Source: Octopus bimaculoides
Lineage: Eukaryota
Assembly: GCF_001194135.2 (NCBI RefSeq)
Contig: NC_068988.1
Coordinates: 95,477,006 to 95,541,005 of the forward strand
Direction: 5' to 3'
Length of the DNA: 64,000 bases
Shown here: positions 10,021 through 22,750 of the stretch, one piece after another
Layout: every line of letters starts with the position of its first letter
Position numbering within the stretch: position 1 is the first letter of the stretch
Program-made: the position numbers and the translations under genes
The notes under the pieces: generated by a model
What the model was told of the DNA's origin: nothing
The model's input: the letters and a program-made list of their open reading frames with translations, nothing else
Databases searched by the model: none

Positions 10021-10237
10021 TATTCTTTTCTACTCTAGGTACAAGGCCCGAAATTTTGGGTTGAGGAGGCCAGTCGATTAGATTGACACCAGTACGCAAC
10101 TGGTACTCAATTTATCGACCCCGAAAGGATGACAGGCAAAGTCGACCTCGGCGTAATTTGAACTCAGACCGTACATTCAGACGAAATACCGCTAAGCAAT
10201 TCGCCCGGTGTGCTAACGTTTCTGCCAGCTCGTCGCC
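10021..10237 (-). mobile_element. SINE family B, full length
   Basis: Reverse complement starts GGCGACGAGCTGGCAGAAACGTTAGC and carries the complete core and the ..GGCCTTGTACCTAGAGTAGAAAAGAATA tail. Confidence 0.92.
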
Positions 10238-11914
10238 TTCTTTTCATAAATTTATTACCTTGTGTCTATGTCAAATTATTTCAATTATTTTAATTATTAT
10301 TTAGCAGAGAATATTGTGGAGAGTGCAAAGTAGCATTTAATTTTTACCTTTACGTTTTTAGTTCAAACCTCGCTTGGATCACAATTGCTTTTCATTCTTC
10401 CAGGGCCAATAAGAAGCCAGTAAAGTACTGAGGTCCATCAAATCAAATAAAATTCTGCATTTCGAGAATATGTCTTTGTTATTCAGCGGAAGAGCAATTA
10501 TAAACAAAAGACTGGTATATGAAACAATATATTCTCTCGCAGCTGAAGAAAAGACGAAGCTGCAGTCGATCTGAGGTGTAACTCACTTGCTGGGTGGCTT
10601 TGGAAGTGGGCGATGTAATTACGGGTGCCACGGTAAAGGGTATTGAGGATGGAAGTTGGCCTTTCGTTCATTGTCACTTTTGGTCTCAGTAATGACCGGT
10701 GGGAAAAGCCGAAGTAACTAAGAACGATGTGAGATCGAATGGAGATGGAAGTCTTAATGACCCACGAAGACTACAAAGCATTTCTAGAAATCTGTTACCC
10801 GCTGTGGGTGCGGAAAAAAGCCACCAAACGGATGGTAAGGACAGAAAAACCAAACTGTTGTGCAACTTGTTTGTTTTTTTTACCTTCGCCACCCCCTGTG
10901 CCACTACCACCACGTTTGTGTTATGTCTTTTGTGCTGTCTTTGTGTTCTTTGAGTAGTAGTAGCAGTAGCAGTAGTCTGTTTTGTTGATGATAGAATTGG
11001 TAGGACGGCAGAAAATGTGTTATTTCGTAAGCGTTGCTTTATATTTCGAATCTGAGGACGGTTAAAGTAAGTACAAGTGATGCAACAGTAAAGTAAAATA
11101 CCAGTAAAATACTGAAGTTTAATTAATCAAAAATGGTTTTAAACACACACACACACACACAATGTTCAACAAGTTGTTTTGTGTTGTGTGTTGCGTAAGA
11201 AACCATTATTATTGAGCATCAGAACCTGGGAAAGGTTTAACAAGCAAAATACTGTTGGAAGAAACAATACAAGAGAGAGGACGACGACCTCTAAGAATGT
11301 CTGAAATAAAGTTTGGTCAACTGATTGCTTCCGCTCTCTACACTTATTAGCGACAAAGATGGTTTGTAATAAGATTCCCTGCGGCTTCAACGTTGTTGTT
11401 GTTGTTGTTGTTGTTTTTATCTGCAGGGCTTGAGTGTGCCGAGCAAATAGTTCAGTTCTTAAGTGGAAAATTACAAGTGTAAAACAAAACAAAAACAATC
11501 AAAAAAAAAAGGTCAAAGACAAAGAAAGAAAGGAAAAGGAGAGAAATAGGAGGAGAGAGAAGCAGTGGGAGTGAGTGTGAGGTGGGGGGTGCTGGGCTAA
11601 GTCATCGGTCGAACTAATCAATCGCATTACATCGGTGACAGGCATTAGCGATATAATCAAATGTTATTATCTTTGTCGTCGTCTATACAACCAGCTAGCT
11701 ACCAGTCTAACCCTGACCACCACCAAGCAATTACCAGTCTCCACCACCCCACCCCATATCATACCTTCAGCACCTTTTCACCTGACCACTAAACTTCTCT
11801 CAATCACCCAGCTTCCTCTTCACATCTCCATCGTCTTCTCCCCTTTCTGCTCCTCTCTTTTACTCTATCCTTATCCAATTCTTTTCCTTATTCGCCAGCT
11901 TTTGAGTCTTCTTA

Positions 11915-12450
11915 ATATTTTCCTTCTTTATCTTATCCTTCTTCTTCTTTATCTTTTTCTTTTTATTATCCTTCTCCTCCTTCTTTATCTTATCCTTCTC
12001 CTCCTTCTTTATCATTTTCTTTTTATTATCCTTCTCCTTCTTCTTCTCCTCATTCTTCTTCTTTATCTTCTTTTTCTTTTTATTATCCTCCTCCGTCTGT
12101 ATCTTCTCCTCCTTCTTCTCCTCCTCCTTCTTCTTCTCCTCCTCCTCCTTCTTCTTCTCCTCCTCCTCCTTCTTTATCTTCTCTTTTTATTATCCTCCTT
12201 CTTTATCTTATCCTTCTTCTTCTCTTTATCTTCATCCTTCTTTATCTTTTTCTTTTTATTATCCTCCTCCTTCTTCTTTATCTTATCCTCTTCCTTCTTA
12301 TCCTCCGCATCCTTCTTCCTTATCTTCTTTTTCTTCTCTTTACTATCCTTCTCCTTCTTTATCTTATCCTCCTCCTCATCCTCCTTCTTCATCGTATTTT
12401 TCGTTTTCTTCTTCGTATTTTCTTCGTCTTCCTCCTTAACTTCTACATTT
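11915..12450 (+). repeat. Degenerate (CTT/CTC/TTA)n low-complexity tract with higher-order units
   Basis: Recurring CTTCTTTATCTT..TTTTTATTATCCTTCTCCTCC blocks; source of the 295-aa L/F/S-rich pseudo-ORF. Confidence 0.9.
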
Positions 12451-13277
12451 CTATTCCTTCTTTCTTTTTCTTCTCAATATTTCAGCTTCCTCCCGAACTG
12501 TCCCATTAATTCATCCCTCTAACCATCCAGCCAGTCAACTGCCTTCCAGCCATCCATCCAGCCATCAATTCACCAATCCATTCCGTCACCCAACCATCCT
12601 TGAATCATCCATCCATTGCCTAACTGCATTATATAATATAACCTACTTCAGTTCTTCATCGCAACGGAATTACTAAGCGTTCAAATGATGCGTCAGAATT
12701 TTTGGAATGTAGGAATATAACTAAAGGGAGCAAAAAATCTGATAAATAAATATTCTTTTGGTCCACGGGTCGTGTGAGTTTGTGCGTTGTTGAGAAGAAG
12801 CCGGACATCTGTACTGACCATTCTGGTTTGTCTTAATACAATCTCACAGTCGCCGAAGGGAATCAACAGAATAGTCACAAGAGATTGTTGTTTTGTATGG
12901 TTTGCAACCGGTTGGCTTCACACTCTCAAATTTGTAGAAGATTAGGAAAATGATTTTGCACGCATTGGGCCAAACCTTGGAATTCTACTGCTTCGGTAAT
13001 TCTTTCAAGTTGGAGACCTTAGTAACGTGTCCATGTCTTATCTCTTAATGATCACCGCTGCTTGAACATATTCCAGGTGTCATAAATAAGCTTGGGATTT
13101 ATCTCAGAGCATAGTACTCCACATGGTAGTCATGTGTGGCTTCAGTATGATCGGAAACCAAACAAGCAAAACACTTGTTCTTGAATGAATCTGTTAGTTG
13201 CTGCCAAACCAGCTCTCAAAATGCCTCAGACACTATTCCTGATAAATCTTTCGTTAAAAGACAACCGATAGCAATGA

Positions 13278-13427
13278 CCGTAATCTAGCGGTTCAGCAAA
13301 AGTGATCGATAGAATAAGTACTAGGCTTACAAAGAATAAGCTCTGGGGTCGAATTGCTCGACCATAAAGGTGGTGCTCCAGCATGGCCGCAGTGAAATGA
13401 CTGAAACAAGTAAAAGAGTAAAGAGTA
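13278..13427 (+). mobile_element. SINE family A 3' module (5'-truncated)
   Basis: GATAGAATAAGTACTAGGCTTACAAAGAATAAG..GGTGCTCCAGCATGGCCGCAGTGAAATGACTGAAACAAGTAAAAGAGTAAAGAGT. Confidence 0.92.
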
Positions 13428-14580
13428 ATATGGATGGATGGATCAGATGTTCCTGCACCGGATAACGTAGGCAGATATTTACCCCGTTGCCTGAGGAAGC
13501 ATAATTCTAGAGGTTGTCTAATAACCTTACGATCAAAATCATTGCCGCCATTAATTAAAAACCTTACATCATGCATAACACTACATAATCCAATGTGTTC
13601 TTCATTATTTTTTTTTTTTTCGTTATATGAGGGAAATTTAACTGTTATTTCTAACAGATCGAACAACCAGTTTGGCATTTTCTCGTCATTTGTTATTTCT
13701 ATTATTCTAAGACTTCCTTGTTGGATTCCCAACATTGTGAAGTAAAAGCAGCGATTTCTTTCGAAGCTTTAATTTAACGATAATCTTTTACTGTTAGAAT
13801 GAGAAAGCTGGAGGAAAATGTCACCGAAAAGTAAAGACATTTTTGCTTCGGTTAGAATGAATCCATTCTGGAGCAAAAGTTTTAAAAGATTTAATTAGGT
13901 GATAGAATTGAAACTGCAAAAATCTACGGATTATCTATTCAGTTCAATAACTCTTATTTGAATTCACTGAGGATTTTTTTTCATTCTTTTTTTTCGCCAG
14001 TTTTTGTTTCTCTTTTTTTCTTTATTTTCCCTTTTCACTTATTTATTTATTTATTTATATGAACAAGAATACACGGAGAAGCTTTGTGTACAAATTAACT
14101 TAGTATTCCGATGTGACCCACGTCAGAATGATTTCTCAAAGATTAAAAGCTAATAAAGAAGTCACGGCTGATGTAAAACAACAACAAGAACAACTAGAAG
14201 AACAAATAAAGAAAGAAAAAAGGAAAAAGGCAAAAAAGAAAATGAAAATAAAAACATGAAAATCGGAAAATAAAAAGACGATATTGGAAAAGAAACGTAG
14301 AAATGGAGGAGGAAAAACAAAGAAGCTAAGAGAGGATTTAACCCCCACAAGACTAATCTTTAAATTAGCAATGCAGATGGAACATTGATTCGTTACAATA
14401 TCATTAAGGAGAACTGATTCAACGGCCATCTTTTTTCTCTCGTTTTCAAACGCAGTGTGAAACAATTGTTCCAAGAATAAAGGGCTACTACTACAACTGC
14501 TATTACAACAACAACGATTACTACTACTATCATTAATTATTATTATTATCGTTGTTGTTGCTGCTATAACAATAATAAAC

Positions 14581-14980
14581 AATTGCTTATTAATTGATCC
14601 ATCATGGCCATTTGATTCTAGGATTGTAAAGAATGAAGACGAAAAACAAAAAAAACATAATTCCTTAAAATTTGAAAATGTAAGAATTTAGTATATGAAA
14701 AGTGTAAAGGTTTTGCCTGTAATAATTGGTGCATTGGAAACTGTAAGTAAAGATATAGACAAACGATTGAAGGAGAGTAGAATAGAATGTCTTGTAGAAC
14801 TTCTACAGAAAGTTTGCCTCTTAGGGACAGGAAAGATTATCAGGAGAGTTCTAAGCCCTTGAGAGACTGCTGGAAGCTAATGGATCCCTAAGGTTACAGG
14901 TAGTAATCCGCTACCCACATAAATCCTGCCAGGAATAAGACCGAACCTGCGTCAAATCAATCAATAATAATAATAATAAT
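14581..14980 (+). mobile_element. R4/Dong-like (RLE-clade) non-LTR retrotransposon 3' fragment
   Basis: The frame 14581-14862 reads NCLLIDPSWPFDSRIVKNEDEKQKKHNSLKFENVRI*YMKSVKVLPVIIGALETVSK..VELLQKVCLLGTGKIIRRVL. This matches the restriction-like endonuclease C-terminus (D-x3-P-x-D..EK..KY, IIGALG, LQK..LLGT..IIR.VL). A short 3' UTR ends in (TAA)n. Confidence 0.8.
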
Positions 14981-15159
14981 CCTTTCTACCAAAGACACAA
15001 GCATTTGGCAGTGTTCAACTGGTTCTTATTTTTATCGACACCGAAAAGATTAAAGGCGAAGCTGAGCTCGACAGCAATTGAATTCAGAACGTAAGGAATT
15101 AAAAGAAATGCTGCTAAGCATTTTGTCCGGGATGTTAACGATTCTGCCAGCTCGCCGCC
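14981..15159 (-). mobile_element. SINE family B (internally deleted)
   Basis: Reverse complement starts GGCGGCGAGCTGGCAGAATCGTTAAC and ends ..GTAGAAAGG followed by (ATT)n. Confidence 0.88.
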
Positions 15160-15488
15160 TTGATGATAATAATAATAATGTGACAGGAAAAGATGGAGAA
15201 GTACAGACAACTAAATCTGTGATCAAACTCATTCCAGCTTTGAAAATCCGGCCGTTTTGGAATGGAGGGTATTCTAGAAGATGATAGCAAATTGGGTGCA
15301 TCGAACAAAATGTCCTAAATATTTATTCATTTACGTTTAAAGTTCATTTCTCATCAGCTTCAACGTGACATTTCATCCCTCCAAAGTCTATAAACATAAA
15401 ACCAGCTAAATACCGGTTTGTTTGTTTTTTAAAACCTTCATTGTGCCCTTCCATCAAATCCTGTGACCTTGTTTTTAAGGATCATTAT

Positions 15489-15692
15489 TGGCAGAAACGT
15501 TAGCACGCAGGGCGAAATGCTTGGTGGTATTTCGTCTGTTTTTGCGTTCTGAGTTCAAATTCCACCGAGGTCGACTTTGCTTTTCCTCCTTTAGGGGTCA
15601 ATAAATTAAGTACCAGTTGTGTACTGGGTCGACCTAATCGACTGGCCCCTCCCCAAAGATTTCGGGCTTTGTGCCTGGAGTAGAAAAGAATA
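15489..15692 (+). mobile_element. SINE family B
   Basis: TGGCAGAAACGTTAGCACG..GAGTTCAAATTCCACCGAGGTCGACTTTGC..GTAGAAAAGAATA. Confidence 0.92.
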
Positions 15693-15908
15693 TTTGTTTC
15701 AAATTTTAGCACAAGCCCAGCAATTTGGAGGGAGAGGGTCAGTCGGTTACATCAACCCCCTGTGGTGAACTGGTACTTATTTTTTCGGCCCCGAAAGGGC
15801 TGAAAGGCAAAGTCGACTGCGGTTTAATTGGAACTCGGAACGTAAAGACGGACAGAATGCCGCTAAACATTTTGTCCGACATGTTAACCATTTTGCCAGC
15901 TCGCCACC
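15693..15908 (-). mobile_element. SINE family B
   Basis: Reverse complement starts GGTGGCGAGCTGGCAAAATGGTTAAC; abuts the previous copy tail-to-tail. Confidence 0.9.
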
Positions 15909-15934
15909 TTGTTTTAGAGAAGTTTGGAAATATG

Positions 15935-16145
15935 TGGTGAGCTGACAGAATCGGTAGAGCGTCGTCAAACATGTTTTGCGGTTTTTCCTACAGCGCTTTA
16001 CGTTCAGGGTTCAAATCTTGCCGAAGCCGACTTTGACTTTCATCCTTCAAGGTCAATAAAATAAAGTGCCACTCATGTACTGCACAGATGAAATCGACTA
16101 ACCCCTCCCCTCAAAACTTTTGTCTTTCTTCCAAATCAGAAGCCC
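15935..16145 (+). mobile_element. SINE family B (diverged)
   Basis: TGGTGAGCTGACAGAATCGGTAG..GGGTTCAAATC..GACTTTGACTTTCATCCTT. Confidence 0.8.
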
Positions 16146-16413
16146 TTATTATAATTAGAAAACATCATTAATATAATGTTTGACAAACTAAATTTTCTTC
16201 CTTTCTTCTCATCTCTCACTATTTCTCTCTTTCTCCCTTTCTCTCTTTCTCCATTTCTCTCTCCATTTCTCTCTCTCTCTCTCTCTCTCTCTCCCTATAC
16301 ACACACATACTATTCTGCTTCTTTCTACATTCAGTCACACACACAGTCACGCACAACGCACACATACACACAGTCACGCACAACGCACACACACACACAC
16401 ACACATATACTCC

Positions 16414-16445
<32 letters not shown>

Positions 16446-16891
16446 AGCACGAGTATACAGGTGCCAACACACTCTCACACACACTCCCTCTCTCTCACAC
16501 ACACACACACACATACACCCACATGATGCAAACCGATATAATCAGATGACTATCGCCAGAGGCAAAGTTGATGAAATCAGGCTTAACGCCCTATCTTCTC
16601 ACAAATCTCTCTTCTGTCTGTTGCACAAATGAAGACTGCGAACATCTCTCTTCTTCTTCTTCTTCTTAGCCACTATTTTTCCCTTCTATTCTCGACTTGA
16701 TTTGCTTCATTTATTTTCCTCCAATGAAAATGGTGTCTTCTCGTTGCCTCGCTTTGTTAGTGTTGCATATCCTCTTCTGCTTCGACCTCTTTATTTCTCT
16801 TTCTTGCTTTCACACACACACACACACACTTTTGTTCTGTATTTATCTGGGTGCCTACCTCTTTATTCACCTTCCAGTTTACATCTACCTA

Positions 16892-16922
<31 letters not shown>

Positions 16923-17487
16923 ATTTCTGTTTATCTGTCTAGCCATGCATCTATTTCTTACTCTGTCTCTTTTCCTCTCTCTCATTCCCTCCCTTCACCA
17001 ACACCGAACCTATCTTTATTCCTTCGATCATTATCTCACAATCAATGTCTGTACTTATCTCTATTTTATCTCCAACACACTCGCCACCATTAACGCTGGA
17101 TGTTATCTTGAGGAGTGACTTGACATCGGAAGGAACAGGCTGTTGACTGAAACGACGAAAGATTGTAGTTGTTTAGCTCCAGGTCAAACTAGTAATGATT
17201 GTGGCGGAAACAATGGTGGCAGTGGTGAGGAGAAGGAGGAGGGGTGAAGAGATGTAAAACGCAGAGTATTTGTTTTTTTTTTTTCGCTGTTGTTGTATAT
17301 TCTCAAGTCAGCTCTGACCGAGCAGTTCCACGACCTCCAGGTAGACGTGACCCAAGAATCTCCTCCAGTTCTACCATAAATCCGGGCGCCAAACTGGAGA
17401 CCAAAATAGTACGGACATAAATTGTAGAAGATGCAGTAAAACACAATAGATATTTTCTGCTCTCTACACCAGCATTTACAAACCCTT

Positions 17488-17530
<43 letters not shown>

Positions 17531-17803
17531 NNNNNNNNNNNNNNNNNNNNNNNNNNNNNNNNNNNNNNNNNNNNNNNNNNNNNNNNNNNNNNNNNNNNNN
17601 NNNNNNNNNNNNNNNNNNNNNNNNNNNNNNNNNNNNNNNNNNNNNNNNNNNNNNNNNNNNNNNNNNNNNNNNNNNNNNNNNNNNNNNNNNNNNNNNNNNN
17701 NNNNNNNNNNNNNNNNNNNNNNNNNNNNNNNNNNNNNNNNNNNNNNNNNNNNNNNNNNNNNNNNNNNNNNNNNNNNNNNNNNNNNNNNNNNNNNNNNNNN
17801 NNN

Positions 17804-17857
17804 ACCTTGTGAGTGGATTTGGTAGACGGAAACTGAAAGAAGCCCGACGTATATATG

Positions 17858-17904
<47 letters not shown>

Positions 17905-18107
17905 TTGTGTGTCTGTGTTTGTCCCCCCAACATCGCTTGACAACCGATGCCGATGTGTTTACGTCCCCGCAACTTAGCGGTTCGGCAAAAGAAACCGATA
18001 GAATAAGTACTAGGTTTATAAAGAATAAGTCCTGGGGTCGATTTGCTCGACTAAAGGTGGTGCTCCAGCATGGCCACAGCCAAATGACTGAAACAAGTAA
18101 AAGAGTA
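17804..18107 (+). mobile_element. SINE family A (5' end lost in N-gap)
   Basis: CCTTGTGAGTGGATTTGGTAGACGG.. then microsatellite, then a complete 3' module. Confidence 0.92.
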
Positions 18108-19652
18108 ATTATATTCTGCTTTTTGTTTTTCTTTTCATAAACTTCCATTTCATGAGAAACCAAACCAGTGTTTCTTGACCGTTCTTTACCCATGGACCTC
18201 TTTGATACTGATTTTAATCGCATGGACCTTCATAACCACTCAACGTTTAAAAAAGTCCTATTTTATTTGTAGAATTAACTATTATTAGGAAATGTATACA
18301 AAAAAAAATTAACAGATTTTGCGTATTGTAGAAGTTATAAGTTTATAATGTTTTGTTTTTTTTTTTCATTTTTTACTTATTTTCAATCATCTGCAAAATT
18401 TGAAAGTAATATTCAGAAATTTAAGTACTCTGGGACTTAATGGGTTAAGTATTTAAGGCAGTAAGGCACCGGACTAGATTCATTACAATATTTCCTTTTG
18501 TTTCTTTAAAGTCCGAGTTTGAACCGCGCTGATATCGATTTTGGTTTTCATTACTTTATTTGACACATAATATAAAGCAGGTACCAGTTATATTATTGGA
18601 CGTGTTCAAAGGATTACTTGATAAATCAATCTGATCGCTTACCAAATTAAGACACTGATATTCATTTCTGTCGAAGTGAATTTACTTTTCGAAACTCGAA
18701 GAACTAACTCTGTTTTACAATTCCATAGATCGATGATATAAGATAAAACATACTGAGATCGATTCTGTAAAGCACAACATCAACACTCCGCCGTCTGACA
18801 TATTTTGGCCTCGTGTCTAACGAAAAAAATTAATCTTGAATCGTTGATTACATTTGGCCATTTTTATTCCTTCCTCAAAAATAGAAAACGATTCCATCTT
18901 CTCAAATTGTTTTTATCAACTAACATATATTTTTAATTATCTATCTTTCGTTACATCTTTTCCGATTTTGTTTGTAACTTTATCCTATTTCTATACTAAT
19001 TCTTCGTGATGATCTGTTCTTACACCAGAATGTTCTAATCGAATAAAACCAGCAAAGAATAGAAGGATTTCCATTCATCGAAATCAAGAGATTCTTATGC
19101 TAAACGTGTTTCAACTTCTCTGTACAGATTACTGGATAAAATGTGAGCGCATTTCTTTTTCTTTCATTTGTTATTGCGGCTAAAAATAAGGAATTAGTAT
19201 ACAAAATTAATTCTACAGAACAGACAATATCCAGCATTATTTTATGGACGTTTGGTCGTTTTAAGTTCCGTGATGCGAACAACCAGGGATGGGAAAACGC
19301 GTGAAGAATACGGCGAAGATGGCAACGGGGAGTTTTATTGTGGTATCAAAAAGAGATAATAATAAATACTTGTTGAGCTGTGATTCTAACTCGGGCTTCC
19401 ATATTCTAGAAAGTACTGAAAATTGGAAACGAGTTAGTCTCTGAATGGTCTTCTAATGACAAGCATTGAGTCACAGACAGCAATTGTGGTGACCTTGTAG
19501 AAAAAGTGCATAGGATAACCTGAAACTACTGCAGCAAATAAGCCAACGGAATAAACATTGAATAACCAGCTCGTTGTTCAAGAGTTCAAGTCCACTCCAA
19601 GCCGTCTCCTTCCCTCTCTTGTTATACATTTTAATCTATGTGCCTCAGCGAA

Positions 19653-19725
19653 GGCGTTGAGCTGGCAGAATCGTTAGCGCGCATTTCCCTAAAATTTCAG
19701 GCCTTGTACCAAAAACAGAAAAATG
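19653..19725 (+). mobile_element. SINE family B with head fused directly to tail
   Basis: GGCGTTGAGCTGGCAGAATCGTTAGCGCG joined to CCCTAAAATTTCAGGCCTTGTACC; the central part is missing. Confidence 0.75.
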
Positions 19726-20003
19726 TGTCTCAGTTCAACTAGATTTCGAGAGAATAGGTACCAGAACTTCTTGAGAAGAGAACTTGTTCTAAACTGGTGC
19801 CCTGCACAGCGGGGTAATTACCTTTTGTAAGTTCGATGCTCCATTGAGTATTATAAAAAAAAATAGGTTCAATTGCATTCCTGGTTTCCATGAAATAAAG
19901 AACTGAGCAAAATTGGATTTGCCTGCTCTTAGTAACAATGCTGTGAGAGGGCAACAAGGAAATATATTACGGTGATTCAGAAATTCCTTCAGCCTTATAT
20001 TTT

Positions 20004-20041
<38 letters not shown>

Positions 20042-20406
20042 TGCATTTCGGGACGGTCTTTTTTTTTTTTTTGCCAAATAAACACAAGCACTATTTATTC
20101 GTTCGTCACTCTTATATTACTCTTCTTATTTTAACTCATGTCCATTATCCGGAAATCTTTCGTCACACATCTATGACCTCTTCAGCGACACTTTCCGTTC
20201 TTGTGTGTGCTCCTGCTCCGCTTAATCCATTTTATTCTTCTATGATGTGTATCATTATATGCGTTTGCATCGGTGTGTGTCGTTGTTCTTAGTAGTACTG
20301 TAATCCTACCCTCTCGGATCCATTTCTCTCCTACCTTTTTACTCAAGCAGCTGAACTTAGGAGTGTCAACAACTAAAAATACTGTTCATTCATAGTGTGC
20401 CACCCC

Positions 20407-20487
20407 TACTGTGCCAGCGTTACTATGCCAGCTCTACTATACCAGCTCTACGTGCTAGCGTTACTGTGCTAGCGTTACTGTGCCACC
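20407..20487 (+). repeat. 14-bp minisatellite (TACTGTGCCAGCGT-like, about 6 units)
   Basis: Units TACTGTGCCAGCGT / TACTATGCCAGCTC / TACTATACCAGCTC / TACGTGCTAGCGT / TACTGTGCTAGCGT / TACTGTGCCACC. Confidence 0.9.
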
Positions 20488-22126
20488 TTGTCTTAAAGAT
20501 TTGCGGCAGGAGCTATTCGAAAGTCACGAATTTGGCTCATGGACGCAACACAATCTTGATAACGAGTGTCGATCTTCAGAATGATTCGAACTGTTAACTG
20601 ATATATTTATCGAGTCAGCCTGTTGAAGATTTCATAATTATATCATTGAAGGATTATTTCTGAGAAGAATAAGAGCTGTGAATGTTATCTTTAGATGTCT
20701 TCTTGTACAACAAAGAGAAATGAAAGGAGTTCAAAGGCAAAAGGTTTTTTTTTTTTCTTTTTTGCCGGCGCCCAGGGCTACACAACAAAAGCCTGACAAT
20801 AAAACTGCAGTATTTGATTTTTAGTAGATATAATTATTACATTAATCATATATTAACTAATACACTGTATATCGTTAATACAGTTGAATATTTCATGTGC
20901 TAAATTAAACAGTTCCAAAGTTATGCTTTTCCGATGTGATTCAACATGGACGTCATTTATTGTCTCCATTTATTAATAACTTTTTATGTAGTTTTTAGCT
21001 TTTATTTTATATATATTTTTGAAGAATGTGTGTGTTTTGTTGATAAAGGATGTAATGGATTATTCAGTAACTATTATTTTTAGTATAAGTTTATCTCTAT
21101 TAATATATGTTGTTACATTGGGATTGTTCAGTTTTACTCTTTTGATATTAGATTAGTTAATTCTTTCAATTACACCGCATTCAGATGAGATTCGTATTTT
21201 ATTCCATTTCAGATTTGATTTTCTCTCGGTCAGACCTCGTCCTGCCTCACTAATCACTTATGATTGCTACACAATATAACTGATATCATTCTCATATTAT
21301 ACAGTGTATCAGGTTCACAGATATGTTATTATTATAACACAATGCAATATCACCGATGACTTACGACCGTTTGTTTCCCCGTTGTTGTTGTTTATTCTTT
21401 TGATGTGTTTGTTTTGTTTCTTTCTTTCTCCTTACATTATACATTCATTATTTATCTACTGATTCGTTTTTAGTGTTCTTGCGTTATTAATGAGCAATCT
21501 TTGTGTCCTATTCAAACATTACAAATCTCTCTCTTACAGCCATTAACTGCAGGAAAAATCACTCCATTCTATTCAGCGTGAGAGATAATTCCGTAATTTT
21601 CCACGATTGTCGTGCTGATGTGAATAGAGAGCGACTAAAAGGGGAAGTAATTGCTGATGCCTCTATTTGTATTGGTCATAAATATATGATGTTTTAGTAT
21701 TCACAGACATTAAGTCAATTTCTGTATTTATGCGTTTCTTTACAGTATATAATCAATTTCTGTTGATTTCCAGAGTTTATATATTTAGTGTTTACTACGA
21801 GTTTTTTTTGTTTTCATAGTTATTTTTAAGAGATGTTTTTTTTTTGGTTTGTTTGTTGTTGTTTTTTTCTCCTGTGTTTGTTGTAGTTCGTTTCTGTTGT
21901 TGTTTGCTGGTCTTATGCAGTAACGTGAATGTATTGGTTTTCATAATTGATGATATGTATTTTGAGCTTTCACTGTTGTCTAATCAGCAAGAATACAGAG
22001 AGATACCCGACAACGAAAGGGCCGTGGGAGTAGTCATAATGTCCAAGAGAGGGGAAATGCTGGCAGCTGGGGCGAAGGAGTTGTGGGTTCGTGTCCTGAC
22101 TCTACTGCTTATAACACACAAACACA

Positions 22127-22164
<38 letters not shown>

Positions 22165-22166
<2 letters not shown>

Positions 22167-22666
22167 CGCAGAAGGGGTTATAGATGCNNNNNNNNNNNNN
22201 NNNNNNNNNNNNNNNNNNNNNNNNNNNNNNNNNNNNNNNNNNNNNNNNNNNNNNNNNNNNNNNNNNNNNNNNNNNNNNNNNNNNNNNNNNNNNNNNNNNN
22301 NNNNNNNNNNNNNNNNNNNNNNNNNNNNNNNNNNNNNNNNNNNNNNNNNNNNNNNNNNNNNNNNNNNNNNNNNNNNNNNNNNNNNNNNNNNNNNNNNNNN
22401 NNNNNNNNNNNNNNNNNNNNGAAAGAAGCCCGTCGTATATATATATATATGTGTGTGTGTTTGTATGTCTGTGTTTGTCCCCCCCAACATCGCTTGACAG
22501 CCGGTGCTGGTGTGTTTACCTACCCATAACTTAACGGTTCGGCAAAAGAGACCGATAGAATAATTACTAGGCTTACAAAGAATAAGTCCTGGGGTCGATT
22601 TCTTCGACTAAAGACAATGCTCCAGCATGGCGGCAGTCAAATGACTGAAATAAATAAGAGAATAAA
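22165..22666 (+). mobile_element. SINE family A spanning an N-gap
   Basis: GGCGCAGAAG start before the gap; GAAAGAAGCCCGTCG, microsatellite and full 3' module after the gap. Confidence 0.85.
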
Positions 22667-22667
22667 G

Positions 22668-22750
22668 TACAGTACTTCGCGGATTTTCACCTATCGCGCG
22701 GGGTGGGAGAGCTGGAACGGAACGCCCGAGATAGTCGAGGGATTACTGTA
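22668..22750. mobile_element. pogo/Tigger-like (Tc1/mariner superfamily) MITE remnant
   Basis: Ends TACAGTA...TACTGTA. The right end reverse-complements to TACAGTAATCCCTCGACTATC, typical of Tigger-type TIRs; the left TIR is partly deleted; TA at both ends. Confidence 0.6.

Noticed and set aside
11635-12522. 295-aa ORF rich in L/F/S
   Set aside because: It is the translation of a degenerate CTT/CTC/TTA tract, which lacks stops for compositional reasons.
14340-14490. Protein-like frame LEQLFHTAFENERKKMAVESVLLNDIVTNQCSICIANLK
   Set aside because: No credible splice sites or recognisable domain; the ORF is extended by flanking low-complexity DNA.
20407-20487. CRISPR-like array
   Set aside because: Contiguous 14-bp units with no spacers, in a eukaryotic context.
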